Virus record (IMG/VR): IMGVR_UViG_2778261058_000020
Reading direction: 5' to 3' (one strand)
DNA from: a virus
Taxonomy: Duplodnaviria; Heunggongvirae; Uroviricota; Caudoviricetes
Length of the DNA stretch: 28,767 nucleotides
The notes beneath the pieces are model-generated. The model saw nothing but the letters and a program-made list of their open reading frames with translations, was not told the origin of the DNA and ran no database searches. Of the stretch, positions 8,235 through 16,981 are shown in pieces. The translations under genes and the position numbers were made by a program. Position 1 is the stretch's first letter. Each line of letters begins with the position of its first letter.

Positions 8235-8830
8235 CCCTTTCAGGCATCGCCTCTGTTCTGCTGAAAGCCGGGCCGGGGCTGATTCGTTCCGTCGGGCGCT
8301 GGTTTGGTGGCAGTACATCTGCCGCCGCTGACTCGGTGGCCGGTATGGTGGAAAGCGTCCGGGAAAGCCTTCCCGTTGCTGAACAGCAACGCATTCTGGA
8401 ACAAAAACTGGTGATGCTGTCACCGGAGCAACTGGTGCAACTGGAAACCCTGAAAATTCAGCTGCAACAGCTGGAGGTGGAACGGCAGAAGCTGGTGCTG
8501 GCTGACCAGCAGGCCGCACACCACGAACAGCAGGAAACCATCCGCAATGGTGACAACGCCACGGACAGCTATGTGCGCCAGACACGCCCGCTGCTGGCCC
8601 GCCTTTCCTGTTACAGCAGTCTGGCCTATGTGCTGTTGCTCTCCTGCGGCCAGATTGCCGGAGCCATTGCCGGTGCCAGAGGTATCACGCTGCATATGCC
8701 ATCACCGGACTGGGATATCACGCTGATGTTGCTTACCCCGGCGCTGGGCTATCTCGGTGTAAGAACCCTTGACGGCTTTGCCCGTTACAGCAAATCAAGC
8801 CGTCACAAAATGTCTGCGGGGCCGAAATGA
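8222..8830 (+). CDS. Membrane/coiled-coil protein, possible holin-like protein (202 aa)
   Basis: Track ORF; Gln/Leu-rich central coiled-coil region and C-terminal hydrophobic segments; adjacent to endolysin. Confidence 0.45.
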   Translation: MDPLTLSGIASVLLKAGPGLIRSVGRWFGGSTSAAADSVAGMVESVRESLPVAEQQRILEQKLVMLSPEQLVQLETLKIQLQQLEVERQKLVLADQQAAHHEQQETIRNGDNATDSYVRQTRPLLARLSCYSSLAYVLLLSCGQIAGAIAGARGITLHMPSPDWDITLMLLTPALGYLGVRTLDGFARYSKSSRHKMSAGPK

Positions 8831-9054
8831 CCGACGAAATCGATCGCATCAGTGAAGTGGTTCTGAACGAGCGTCAGAGCGTCGTTAAAGCCTGGCAGAC
8901 ACGGACAAAAGAAGCGCCCCACAGCCGGGGCTTCTGCAATGACTGCGGGAACGTTATTCCGGCACAGCGCCTTGCGGCGCTGCCGGATGTGGTGACCTGT
9001 ATTGACTGTCAGCAGATGCGGGAACGCAGGAGGAAAACGTGTCCTGGGAAATGA
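8827..9054 (+). CDS. TraR/DksA-family C4-type zinc-finger protein (75 aa)
   Basis: Track ORF; CNDCGNVIPAQRLAALPDVVTCIDCQ gives C-x2-C-x17-C-x2-C spacing typical of phage TraR-like proteins. Confidence 0.55.
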   Translation: MTDEIDRISEVVLNERQSVVKAWQTRTKEAPHSRGFCNDCGNVIPAQRLAALPDVVTCIDCQQMRERRRKTCPGK

Positions 9055-9344
9055 TCAGAGCCAACTGGCCCATTCTGTGGGCATTGCTGATGACAGGAAT
9101 AAACCTGCTTCAGTTGATTCTGGCAAAGACCTACGTCAAACGCGAAGAGTTTGATTTGCTGCGTTCCCGCGTGTCGGTGATGGAAAGCCAGGTACATCAG
9201 CTACCTGATCGTGATGAGTTCCACCGCCTGCAACTGGATATCAGCAACCTGCGGGGAGAAATCAAAGAGCTGGGGCCATCCATCCGCCAGGTATCCCGCA
9301 TCAGCGATTTGTTATTAGAGAACGAGTTAAAGGAAAAAAATTAA
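9039..9344 (+). CDS. Small membrane-anchored coiled-coil protein (101 aa, GTG start); possible lysis or morphogenesis accessory
   Basis: Track ORF; AGGAGG RBS upstream; N-terminal hydrophobic helix WPILWALLMTGINLLQLIL then charged helical region. Confidence 0.5.
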   Translation: MSWEMIRANWPILWALLMTGINLLQLILAKTYVKREEFDLLRSRVSVMESQVHQLPDRDEFHRLQLDISNLRGEIKELGPSIRQVSRISDLLLENELKEKN

Positions 9345-9637
9345 TGGCGATGAAAGAGATCCTCACTGAAGACCGTCGTCTGGTGTTGCTGCGTTCCCTG
9401 CTGGATTGTGGCGACAGCGCGAATGAATCCGTGTTGCAGACCTGCCTTCAGGCCTACGGTCATAAGGTATCCCGTGATGTGGTGCGCACCCAGCTTGCAT
9501 GGCTGCGCGAGCAGGGGCTGGTTCGTCTGTCTGATGTGGGCGGCTGTTACGTGGCTGAAATCACCGGCAGCGGTGAGGATGTGGCAAACGGCCTGTCCAG
9601 CGTTCCGGGCGTTAAAAAACCCCGTGCGAGGGACTGA
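9344..9637 (+). CDS. Hypothetical protein with winged-helix-like region (97 aa)
   Basis: Track ORF; start overlaps the previous stop; segment VSRDVVRTQLAWLREQGLVRL resembles a recognition helix plus wing. Confidence 0.5.
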   Translation: MAMKEILTEDRRLVLLRSLLDCGDSANESVLQTCLQAYGHKVSRDVVRTQLAWLREQGLVRLSDVGGCYVAEITGSGEDVANGLSSVPGVKKPRARD

Positions 9638-9639
9638 GC

Positions 9640-9939
9640 ATGGACCGAAAACTGAAGCCGTTAAGTCGCGGAGAACGGGCCGTCGTGCGGCAGCTGGCGT
9701 ACTGTCTTGTGCTCGCGGATATTGAGAAAAACGCCATCGCCCGTGCATATGAACAACAGACCGGAAAGCCCTGGAACCCGGATGCACCGGATACCCCCAT
9801 GAAACGTGCCCTGCGTTCATCACCGGCATGTGCGCGGCTGTGGAAGCTGCTGGGTAAGGATATCCGCTCCGTTCGCGAAGAAATATACGCCGGTCTGAAA
9901 ACACCGGGAACTGAAGACGGGGGCCGTCGTGAACCGTAA
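9640..9939 (+). CDS. Hypothetical protein (99 aa)
   Basis: Track ORF; starts 3 nt after previous stop. Confidence 0.5.
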   Translation: MDRKLKPLSRGERAVVRQLAYCLVLADIEKNAIARAYEQQTGKPWNPDAPDTPMKRALRSSPACARLWKLLGKDIRSVREEIYAGLKTPGTEDGGRREP

Positions 9940-10076
9940 AAAGAATCCGATAAGTAAAGCGTCCCGTGATGAACTCCGCCGTCTGGCGCACAACCTGACA
10001 TGGCGGGAAATCCAGAACGGCGCACTGAAATCTGCATACGAAAGTTTACAGCGTAGTGAGCAACAGGAGCGCACAC

Positions 10077-10658
10077 ATGGAAAATGAACAACGCCCCACC
10101 CGTGGCCGTCTTTCCAAAGTGGATTTACTCCCGGACAGCATCCGGGAGCAGTTGCATCAGATGCTGCGGGAAAAGCGGCACACGCAGGAAGAAATCCGCG
10201 AAGCCATCAATGCCCTGATTGACGAACATAACCTGCCGGAAGAGATGCAGTTAAGCCGGACGGGCTTAAACCGCTACGCCATCCGCATGGAAAAAGTCGG
10301 GGCAAAAATCCGTGCCTCCCGCGAAATGGCCGAAGTCTGGGCGGCAAAGCTGGGTTCCGCGCCAACATCAGACGTCGGCAAGCTGCTGATGGAGTTTGTA
10401 AAAACGCTGGCCTTTGAAACGTCCATGTCGATGGCAGAAGACGACAAACCTGTTGCACCGAAGGCGCTGGGCCAACTGGCGCTGGTTGCCCAGCGTCTGG
10501 AAGTGGCAGCCATGACCAGCCATAAACGCGAGAAAGCGATCCGCGATGCGTTTGCGCAGGAGATGGCAGAGAAAACCGAAGAGCTGGTCAGAACGGGCGG
10601 TCTGTCGGGCGGTGCGGCTGACACCATCAAACGTGAAATTCTGGGGATTAGCGCATGA
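10077..10658 (+). CDS. Mu gp27-like protein (DUF3486 family), putative small terminase / pac-recognition subunit
   Basis: AGGAG RBS 8 nt upstream of ATG 10077 (track ORF starts at GTG 10056); lies immediately upstream of and overlaps the large terminase gene. Confidence 0.6.
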   Translation: MENEQRPTRGRLSKVDLLPDSIREQLHQMLREKRHTQEEIREAINALIDEHNLPEEMQLSRTGLNRYAIRMEKVGAKIRASREMAEVWAAKLGSAPTSDVGKLLMEFVKTLAFETSMSMAEDDKPVAPKALGQLALVAQRLEVAAMTSHKREKAIRDAFAQEMAEKTEELVRTGGLSGGAADTIKREILGISA

Positions 10659-12190
10659 CACAGATGAACACGTTCAGTGAATACGATGTTCTGCTGCCGT
10701 ATCAGAAACGCTGGGTGGCGGATGATGCCGACCTGAAAATCGCCGAGAAATCCCGCCGTACCGGTTTAACCTGGGCGGAAGCTGCGGATGCGGCACTGAC
10801 GGCATCACTGAAGAAGGAAGACGGCGGGCGCGATCACTTTTATATCGGTTCGAATAAGGAGATGGCCCGCGAATTTATCGACGCCGTGGCGATGTGGGCG
10901 AAAGCGTTTAATGCGGCAGCGGAAGAAATCTGCGAGGAAGTGATCACCGACGAAGACAAGGACATTCTGACGTTCGTCGTGTACTTCGCCAGCGGTTTTA
11001 AGGTCAAGGCACTGTCCAGCAACCCGAGCAACATTCGCGGGATGCAGGGGAATGTCACCATCGACGAGGCCGCGTTCCATGAAAAACTGGACGAACTGCT
11101 GAAGGCCGTGCTGCCGCTGAAAACATGGGGCGGCAAAATTCGCCTTATTTCCACCCATGACGGCGTGGACAACCTGTTTAACCAGCTGATTCAGGAAAGC
11201 CGGGCGGGCAAAAAAGATTACAGCATTCACACCATCACGCTGGACGACGCCTGCAATGACGGGCTGTACCGGCGTATCTGTCAGGTGCGCGGCATGGTGT
11301 GGTCACCGGAAGCCGAGGCGGAATGGAAAGAAGGCCTGCTACGAAATACCGCCACCCGCGAAGACGCACTGGAGGAATATTACTGCGTCCCGAAAAACGG
11401 CGGCGGCACGTATATCCCCCGCTCACTGCGTGAACGTGCGGCCCGTGGCACCGGAAAAGTGTTGCGCTTTACCGGCACACCGGAATTTAACGCACTGACG
11501 GAAAGTCAGCGCCGGGCAGATATCCGGGAATGGCTGGAAACAGTGGTGCGCCCCGAGCTGGAAAAACTCCCGAAGAACCTGCGCCACTGTCTGGGGGAAG
11601 ACTTTGCGCGTTCGGGTGACCTGACCGTACTGGCCCCTGTGACGGTGAACGATGACACCACCCGCGAGGTGCCGTTCCTGGTTGAGCTTGGCAATGTGCC
11701 GTTTAAACAGCAGGAGCAGGTGCTGTTCTGGCTTTGCGATCGTCTGCCCCGTCGTGACGGCATCAAAATGGATGCGCGGGGGAATGGTCAGTATCTGGCA
11801 GAACAGGCGGCGGAGCGGTACGGCGATGAAGTGGAACAGGTGATGCTGTCCGTGGCGTTCTACCGCGAAAACATGCCCCGTTTCCGTGCGGCGTTTGAAG
11901 ATGATGAGCTGATCCTTCCGAAGCATGAAGACGTGATCAATGACCTCGGGGCCATTCAGTTACTGCGTGGCATTCCCGGCATTGATGATGCCCGTACTAA
12001 AGGCAGCGATGGCCGCAAGCGTCACGGCGACGCCGCGGTGGCCATTTTCCTGGGCTTCCTTGCCAGCAAGGATGACTGCCACCGTTATGAGCTGCACCGC
12101 CTGAACCGCCCGGCGAAACCGGAAGAACGCAACGCGCGCCGCCAGATGAAGCTGACACGCGGCCTGAAAAATGAGGGAGGTTTACTGTGA
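10655..12190 (+). CDS. Terminase large subunit (Mu gp28-like), 511 aa
   Basis: Track ORF; ATGA overlap with upstream gene; size and position before the portal gene; deviant Walker-A-like KSRRTGLT near N-terminus. Confidence 0.85.
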   Translation: MTQMNTFSEYDVLLPYQKRWVADDADLKIAEKSRRTGLTWAEAADAALTASLKKEDGGRDHFYIGSNKEMAREFIDAVAMWAKAFNAAAEEICEEVITDEDKDILTFVVYFASGFKVKALSSNPSNIRGMQGNVTIDEAAFHEKLDELLKAVLPLKTWGGKIRLISTHDGVDNLFNQLIQESRAGKKDYSIHTITLDDACNDGLYRRICQVRGMVWSPEAEAEWKEGLLRNTATREDALEEYYCVPKNGGGTYIPRSLRERAARGTGKVLRFTGTPEFNALTESQRRADIREWLETVVRPELEKLPKNLRHCLGEDFARSGDLTVLAPVTVNDDTTREVPFLVELGNVPFKQQEQVLFWLCDRLPRRDGIKMDARGNGQYLAEQAAERYGDEVEQVMLSVAFYRENMPRFRAAFEDDELILPKHEDVINDLGAIQLLRGIPGIDDARTKGSDGRKRHGDAAVAIFLGFLASKDDCHRYELHRLNRPAKPEERNARRQMKLTRGLKNEGGLL

Positions 12191-13758
12191 ACCTGAAACA
12201 ACTGGCCGGGGCCGTTCGCCGTCTGCTGAACCCGGCAACCGGTGAGGAAGACACGCTGAAAAAAGAGGCGCTCAACGAAGCACAGGCCCGTCCGCGTCAT
12301 GCCGGTGTGCGTTCGGCCTCGCCGGGTATCAGCGTCGCCTCCGGGCTGAACCCCGGCAGGCTGGCAGGCATTCTGCGCAATGCTACTGACGGCATCACGC
12401 GTGATTTTTTTATCCTTGCTGAAGAGATGGAAGAACGCGATTTGCATTACGCCTCGGTACTGCGCACCCGCAAGCTGACGGTGGCGGGTATCGAACCGGT
12501 GGTGGTGGCCGCCAGTGATGACGATGCTGACGTGCAACTGGCGGACGCCATCCGTGCACTGATGGAGGCACCGCAAATCCCTGAGCTGATGTTTGATCTG
12601 CTCGACGGGCTGGGAAAAGGCGTGGCGGTCTGTGAAATTTTGTGGAACACCCGCAACAACCACTGGGTGCCCCGTGATTATGAGTGGGTTGATCCCCGTT
12701 TTCTGAAAGCCGAAAAGCCCACGCTGCGCCAGTTCCGCCTGCTGACAGACGATGAACCGGTGGATGGTGTACCGCTGACACCTGGAAAATTCATTGTTCA
12801 CCAGCCGCGCCTGAAATCCGGTTTGCCGCTGCGTAACGGTCTGGCCCGTCTGGTGGCGGTGATGTACATGCTGAAATCCTTTACCGTGCGCGACTGGTGG
12901 GCATTTGCGGAAAAATTCGGCATTCCGGTCACGGTGGGGAAATACGGCCCCAACGCCACGGAGGAGCAAATCCGCGTGCTGATTGATGCGATTGCTTCCA
13001 TTGCCTCGGATGCCGGGTGTGCCATTCCGCAGTCCATGCAACTGGAAATGAAGGAAACCGCCAGCCGGAATAACGGCGGCGCACTGTTCCGTGAAATGGC
13101 GGAATGGTGTGATGCGCAAATCAGTAAGGCTGTGCTGGGGCAGACCATGACCACGGATAACGGCAGTTCGCGTTCACAGGCGGACGTGCACAATCAGGTG
13201 CGCATGGACATTGTGCGCTGGGACGCGCGGCAGCTGGCTAACACGCTGAATGAATATCTGGTGCGGCCCTACATCGAGGCCAACTACGGGCCACAGGAAC
13301 ACTACCCCCGTGTTGTTCTGCGTATCAGTGAAGCGGAAGATCTGAAGGCGCTGACAGATGCTCTGGTGCCGCTGATTGACCGGGGGATGCGGGTTCAGGA
13401 ATCGGAGCTGCGGGACCGGTTCGGCCTGGCTGAACCGGACGACGGGGCTGATGTTCTGCATCCGGTGTCTGCCGGAATGTCAGGTGATGTGGCGATGAAC
13501 CGCGAGCGCGTCGCCCTGAACCGGGAACACCCCGATGAACTGGCACAGATGGTGGATGATGCCCTGCGTGACTGGCAGAAAACCGGCGAGGCGTTCACGA
13601 ACCCGGTGCTGACACTGGCGCAGGAATGCGACAGTTTTGATGACTTTCTGAAACGCCTGCCTGAGCTTCAGGAAACGCTGAACGCGGACGACTTTGCCCT
13701 GCAACTGGCGGAGGTGTGCTTTAAGGCGCGTGCGCTGGGGGACACCGGTCATGCGTGA
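12187..13758 (+). CDS. H: Portal protein (Mu gp29 / DUF935 family), 523 aa, GTG start
   Basis: Track ORF; GGAGG RBS; overlaps terminase stop; size and order typical of Mu portal. Confidence 0.85.
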   Translation: MNLKQLAGAVRRLLNPATGEEDTLKKEALNEAQARPRHAGVRSASPGISVASGLNPGRLAGILRNATDGITRDFFILAEEMEERDLHYASVLRTRKLTVAGIEPVVVAASDDDADVQLADAIRALMEAPQIPELMFDLLDGLGKGVAVCEILWNTRNNHWVPRDYEWVDPRFLKAEKPTLRQFRLLTDDEPVDGVPLTPGKFIVHQPRLKSGLPLRNGLARLVAVMYMLKSFTVRDWWAFAEKFGIPVTVGKYGPNATEEQIRVLIDAIASIASDAGCAIPQSMQLEMKETASRNNGGALFREMAEWCDAQISKAVLGQTMTTDNGSSRSQADVHNQVRMDIVRWDARQLANTLNEYLVRPYIEANYGPQEHYPRVVLRISEAEDLKALTDALVPLIDRGMRVQESELRDRFGLAEPDDGADVLHPVSAGMSGDVAMNRERVALNREHPDELAQMVDDALRDWQKTGEAFTNPVLTLAQECDSFDDFLKRLPELQETLNADDFALQLAEVCFKARALGDTGHA

Positions 13759-14515
13759 AACTCTCATCCCGAAAGAGGCGCTGGCGTGGCTGAAGGCGAA
13801 GAAGCTGCGCCCCGGTTTTGATTACCGGGATGTATGGCGGGAAGAACACCGGAACAGCTTCACCGTGGCAAAAATGCTGCAACTGGATTTGTTGTCGGAT
13901 GTGAAAGCCCTTGTGGAAGACGCCCTGCAAAGCGGGCAGACGTTCAGCGAGTTCCGGGAGGCGCTGCAACCGCTGCTGATAAAACACGGATGGTGGGGCG
14001 TACAGGAGATGGATGATCCGCTGACGGGCGAAACCCGAACCGTACAGCTGGGCAGCGACCGCCGCCTCCGCACGATTTACGATACCAACATGCGCACCGC
14101 CCGCGCGGCGGGCCAGTGGGAACGCATTCAACGGACAAAGCGGGCCATGCCGTATCTGATTTACGAGCTGGGGCCATCCCGCGACCACCGGGCGGAGCAT
14201 GTGAAATGGGCGCGTCTGTGTCTGCCTGTAGACCACCCGTTCTGGCAGACGCATTTCGCCCCTAACGGCTGGGGCTGCAAATGCACCATCCGTCAGGTCA
14301 GCCGTGGTGAATATGCGCAACTGGCGGCACAGGGCACCATTCACACCGAAGCGCCGGAAATCAGAACTGTCCGCTGGGTGAACAAACGCACGGGCGAAGA
14401 GGAAGATGTGCCGGAAGGGATTGATCCGGGCTGGAACTACAATCCCGGCATAAACCGTGAGCAGGAGCTGGCGCGCCAGCTGGCGACAAAACAGGCCCGT
14501 TTTGACAGTGAGTAA
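13751..14515 (+). CDS. F: Head morphogenesis protein F (Mu gp30 / SPP1 gp7-like)
   Basis: ATG 13751 overlaps the portal stop by 8 nt (track ORF extends to 13694); position and size match Mu F. Confidence 0.8.
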   Translation: MRETLIPKEALAWLKAKKLRPGFDYRDVWREEHRNSFTVAKMLQLDLLSDVKALVEDALQSGQTFSEFREALQPLLIKHGWWGVQEMDDPLTGETRTVQLGSDRRLRTIYDTNMRTARAAGQWERIQRTKRAMPYLIYELGPSRDHRAEHVKWARLCLPVDHPFWQTHFAPNGWGCKCTIRQVSRGEYAQLAAQGTIHTEAPEIRTVRWVNKRTGEEEDVPEGIDPGWNYNPGINREQELARQLATKQARFDSE

Positions 14516-14728
14516 CCCTCCCGCCGTAAATCCCCCTGAAACGCATCAGAAACGCGTTTTTTATTCTGATGGCGTGAATGTGCATTCTGACGTTTTTGAA
14601 GATGCTGTGGCGTTTTTGAAGGGGTTTTGAAGGGGGTATTTCCCCGTTTTCAGTGAAGCCGGTAAATCCGGCTTTTTTTCTGCCTTCCGCATACTGACCG
14701 TCGGTAACCCCAAACGACGGAGACTGAC
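14516..14728. promoter_or_regulatory. F-I intergenic control region: hairpin, palindrome, three tandem TTTTGAAG repeats, second copy of terminator/dyad cassette; candidate late promoter and/or gyrase site
   Basis: Only sizeable non-coding gap in the late region; hairpin CATCAGAA/TTCTGATG (14544-14571); GAATG-TG-CATTC (14576-14587); CGTTTTTGAAG at 14591-14601 and 14611-14621; GTTTTGAAG at 14624-14632. Confidence 0.5.
14656..14679 (+). terminator. Rho-independent terminator-like hairpin, second copy (AAGCCGG-TAAAT-CCGGCTT plus T7)
   Basis: Identical in sequence to the hairpin at 6936-6959; follows gene F and precedes gene I. Confidence 0.7.
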
Positions 14729-15691
14729 ATGCAACCGGAACTGCTGGCGCTGTGTTTTTCCCTGCCAGAACCCATCCCTGAGCTGACACCCGCTCAACTG
14801 CCTGAATGGCTTGAACTCGTTCCTGCGGGTGAGTTCACCGGGCGCGATGGCCGGACGTGGATTAACCGCAATCCGCATGAGGTGGTCACCCGTTCGTCCG
14901 ACATCAAAATTCCGGTGGACATTGAACACGCCACCGAAATTAAAGGGCAACGCGGTGATGAAGCCCCGGCGTATGGCTGGGTGGAAGAACTGCGCGTGAC
15001 GGACAGCGGCACCATTGAAGGCCGTGTTGTCTGGAGCGAGTACGCCCGGTGGATGCTGAGCGAACGCCGTTACCGCTATTACAGCCCGGCGTTTTTCTTT
15101 GACGCAGACGGTGTGGTGACGCGCCTGTCCAGCGTCGGGCTGACCAACAAACCTAACCTGGATTTTCCTGCACTGAATACGGAGAAAAACCCGATGACAG
15201 TACCTGTGCAAATCACCGGCCTGCTTGGGCTGGCTGAATCTGCCACGGTGGACGATACCGTGGCCGCCATTAAACAACTTCAGGAGAACGAACAGGTGGC
15301 GCTGAACCGCGCACAGACACCTGACCTGACGAAGTTTGTACCGGTGGAAACCCACAATCTGGCACTGAACCGTGCCGAAACCGCAGAACAACGCCTTCAG
15401 CAACTGGAAGAGAAGGAAGCAGAAGCGCTTGTGGATGCGGCCATCGAAGCCGGAAAAGTGGCCCCGGCAAACCGTGACATGTTCCTTGCCACCTGCCGCA
15501 CGGAAGAAGGCCGCAAACAGTTTGCGGAATACACCAAAGGTGCACAGCCGCTGGTGAACAACGACAAGCCCAGCCAGGGCAAGGATAAACCCGCGCAGAC
15601 ACTGACCGACGCCGAACTGGCGATGTGTCGCAGCATGGGTATTACCGGGGAAGAGTTCCTCACCGCTAAACCGAAACAGGAGAATAACTGA
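14729..15691 (+). CDS. I: Head maturation protease / scaffold protein I (Mu gp32-like), 320 aa
   Basis: Track ORF; GGAG RBS; N-terminal protease-like region and Ala/Glu-rich helical C-terminus; immediately upstream of major head gene. Confidence 0.75.
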   Translation: MQPELLALCFSLPEPIPELTPAQLPEWLELVPAGEFTGRDGRTWINRNPHEVVTRSSDIKIPVDIEHATEIKGQRGDEAPAYGWVEELRVTDSGTIEGRVVWSEYARWMLSERRYRYYSPAFFFDADGVVTRLSSVGLTNKPNLDFPALNTEKNPMTVPVQITGLLGLAESATVDDTVAAIKQLQENEQVALNRAQTPDLTKFVPVETHNLALNRAETAEQRLQQLEEKEAEALVDAAIEAGKVAPANRDMFLATCRTEEGRKQFAEYTKGAQPLVNNDKPSQGKDKPAQTLTDAELAMCRSMGITGEEFLTAKPKQENN

Positions 15692-16593
15692 TGGGAGCAG
15701 TCACTTCCGAAGTCCTTCACGCGCTGACCACCTGCCTGAGCGCCGCTTATACCCGTGGTCTGAGTGGTGTCACCCCACAGTGGCAGCGCATCGCCTCTGA
15801 AATCCCAAGTTCGTCCGCCTCCAATACCTACGGCTGGATGAAAGATTTACCGGAGATTAAGGAATGGGTCAGCGCCCGTCAGATGGCAACGCTGGACGGT
15901 TATGGTTACACCCTGGCGAACAAAACCTGGGAAAGTTCGATCCGCGTTAAACGCGAACACATTGAAGACGATCAGATTGGTCAGTACAGCATTATCGCTG
16001 AACGCTATGGCCGCCAGACATCGGAGTTCCCGGACAAGCTGTGTTACCCCCTGCTGTGTGCCGGGTTTAACACCCTGTGTTTTGACGGTCAGAACTTCTT
16101 TGATGAAGACCACCCGCTGGGCGACGGCACCTGCAGCAATGTTGTCGGCACCCCGGCATCAGACCAGGGAGAGCCGTGGTTCCTGATTGATGATTCTCAG
16201 GTACTGAAACCCATCATCTGGCAGACGCGACGCGCCTTTAAGTTTGAAGCCCTGGATGATCTGAACAGCGAGCACACCTTCAAGAATAACGAGTTCCTTT
16301 ACGGGGTGGACGGTCGCTGCAATGCGGGCTTCGGCTTCTGGCAGACCGCCGTCGGTTCCCGTGCGGCACTGACAGCGGAGAACTACGAGAAGGCCAGCAA
16401 TCTGCTGCTGGGTATGAAGACCACCAACGGTGAACCGCTGGGCATCCGCCCGACCACCCTTGTGGTGGGACCGAAAAACCGCGCGGCGGCGAAGCGCATC
16501 ATTGACGCCATGCTGGTTAACGGCGGCGATTCCAACATCTGGTACAAGGATGTGGACATCGTGGTCAGCCCGTTCATCACCACGCCGGCATAA
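15691..16593 (+). CDS. T: Major head (capsid) subunit T (Mu gp34-like), 300 aa
   Basis: Track ORF; start overlaps the I stop; size and position typical of Mu T. Confidence 0.8.
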   Translation: MGAVTSEVLHALTTCLSAAYTRGLSGVTPQWQRIASEIPSSSASNTYGWMKDLPEIKEWVSARQMATLDGYGYTLANKTWESSIRVKREHIEDDQIGQYSIIAERYGRQTSEFPDKLCYPLLCAGFNTLCFDGQNFFDEDHPLGDGTCSNVVGTPASDQGEPWFLIDDSQVLKPIIWQTRRAFKFEALDDLNSEHTFKNNEFLYGVDGRCNAGFGFWQTAVGSRAALTAENYEKASNLLLGMKTTNGEPLGIRPTTLVVGPKNRAAAKRIIDAMLVNGGDSNIWYKDVDIVVSPFITTPA

Positions 16594-16618
16594 CCCGTCG
16601 CGTAACCTGTAAACCGCA

Positions 16619-16665
16619 GTTAAAAGGCGCTGTGAATGCCCTTTTAACTGCCTTTTAAAAGGCAG
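16619..16665 (+). promoter_or_regulatory. Two adjacent hairpins after the capsid gene; the second is a perfect 18-nt palindrome covering the likely RBS of the next gene
   Basis: GTTAAAAGGC...GCCCTTTTAAC (16619-16648) and CTGCCTTTTAAAAGGCAG (16648-16665); ATG of next ORF at 16670. Confidence 0.5.
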
Positions 16666-16669
16666 AGTC

Positions 16670-16981
16670 ATGAGTGAAAAAGCAGGAACCAAAGGCGCGA
16701 AAGCCGCAAAGAACAGCACAGCACAGGAAAACCCGGCACCGCTGGCAGACGTTATTGTGGCTGACGGTCAGGCGAATGAACCACGTCCGGCTGAAGACCC
16801 GGTTACTGTACAGGGTGACGCCCCTGTCCGGCTGAACGTCCGGGCCGTGTCTGAAAACGGGTTCTGGCGCTGTGGCCGTTTCTGGTCACATGCCGGTGAG
16901 GATGTGGCGGTGACCGCTGCGGTTGCCAACCGCCTGATGGCAGAGCCGAATCTGATTGTCCGGGAAGCGGAGAAAGGCTGA
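16670..16981 (+). CDS. Mu gp35-like small head-associated protein (103 aa), function unknown
   Basis: Track ORF; located between major head gene and gp36-like gene. Confidence 0.5.
   Translation: MSEKAGTKGAKAAKNSTAQENPAPLADVIVADGQANEPRPAEDPVTVQGDAPVRLNVRAVSENGFWRCGRFWSHAGEDVAVTAAVANRLMAEPNLIVREAEKG

Noticed and set aside
9341-9991. Long minus-strand ORFs throughout the window (for example 9341..9991, 12085..13119, 14561..15403, 17933..18535, 18884..19531, 19976..20722)
   Set aside because: All lie antisense to well-supported + strand phage genes in GC-rich sequence where stop codons are rare by chance; none has an evident RBS or a recognisable product
14591-14632. Tandem TTTTGAAG-containing repeats as a possible CRISPR-like or iteron array
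   Set aside because: Only three short copies with irregular spacing and no spacer structure; better explained as protein-binding sites in a promoter region
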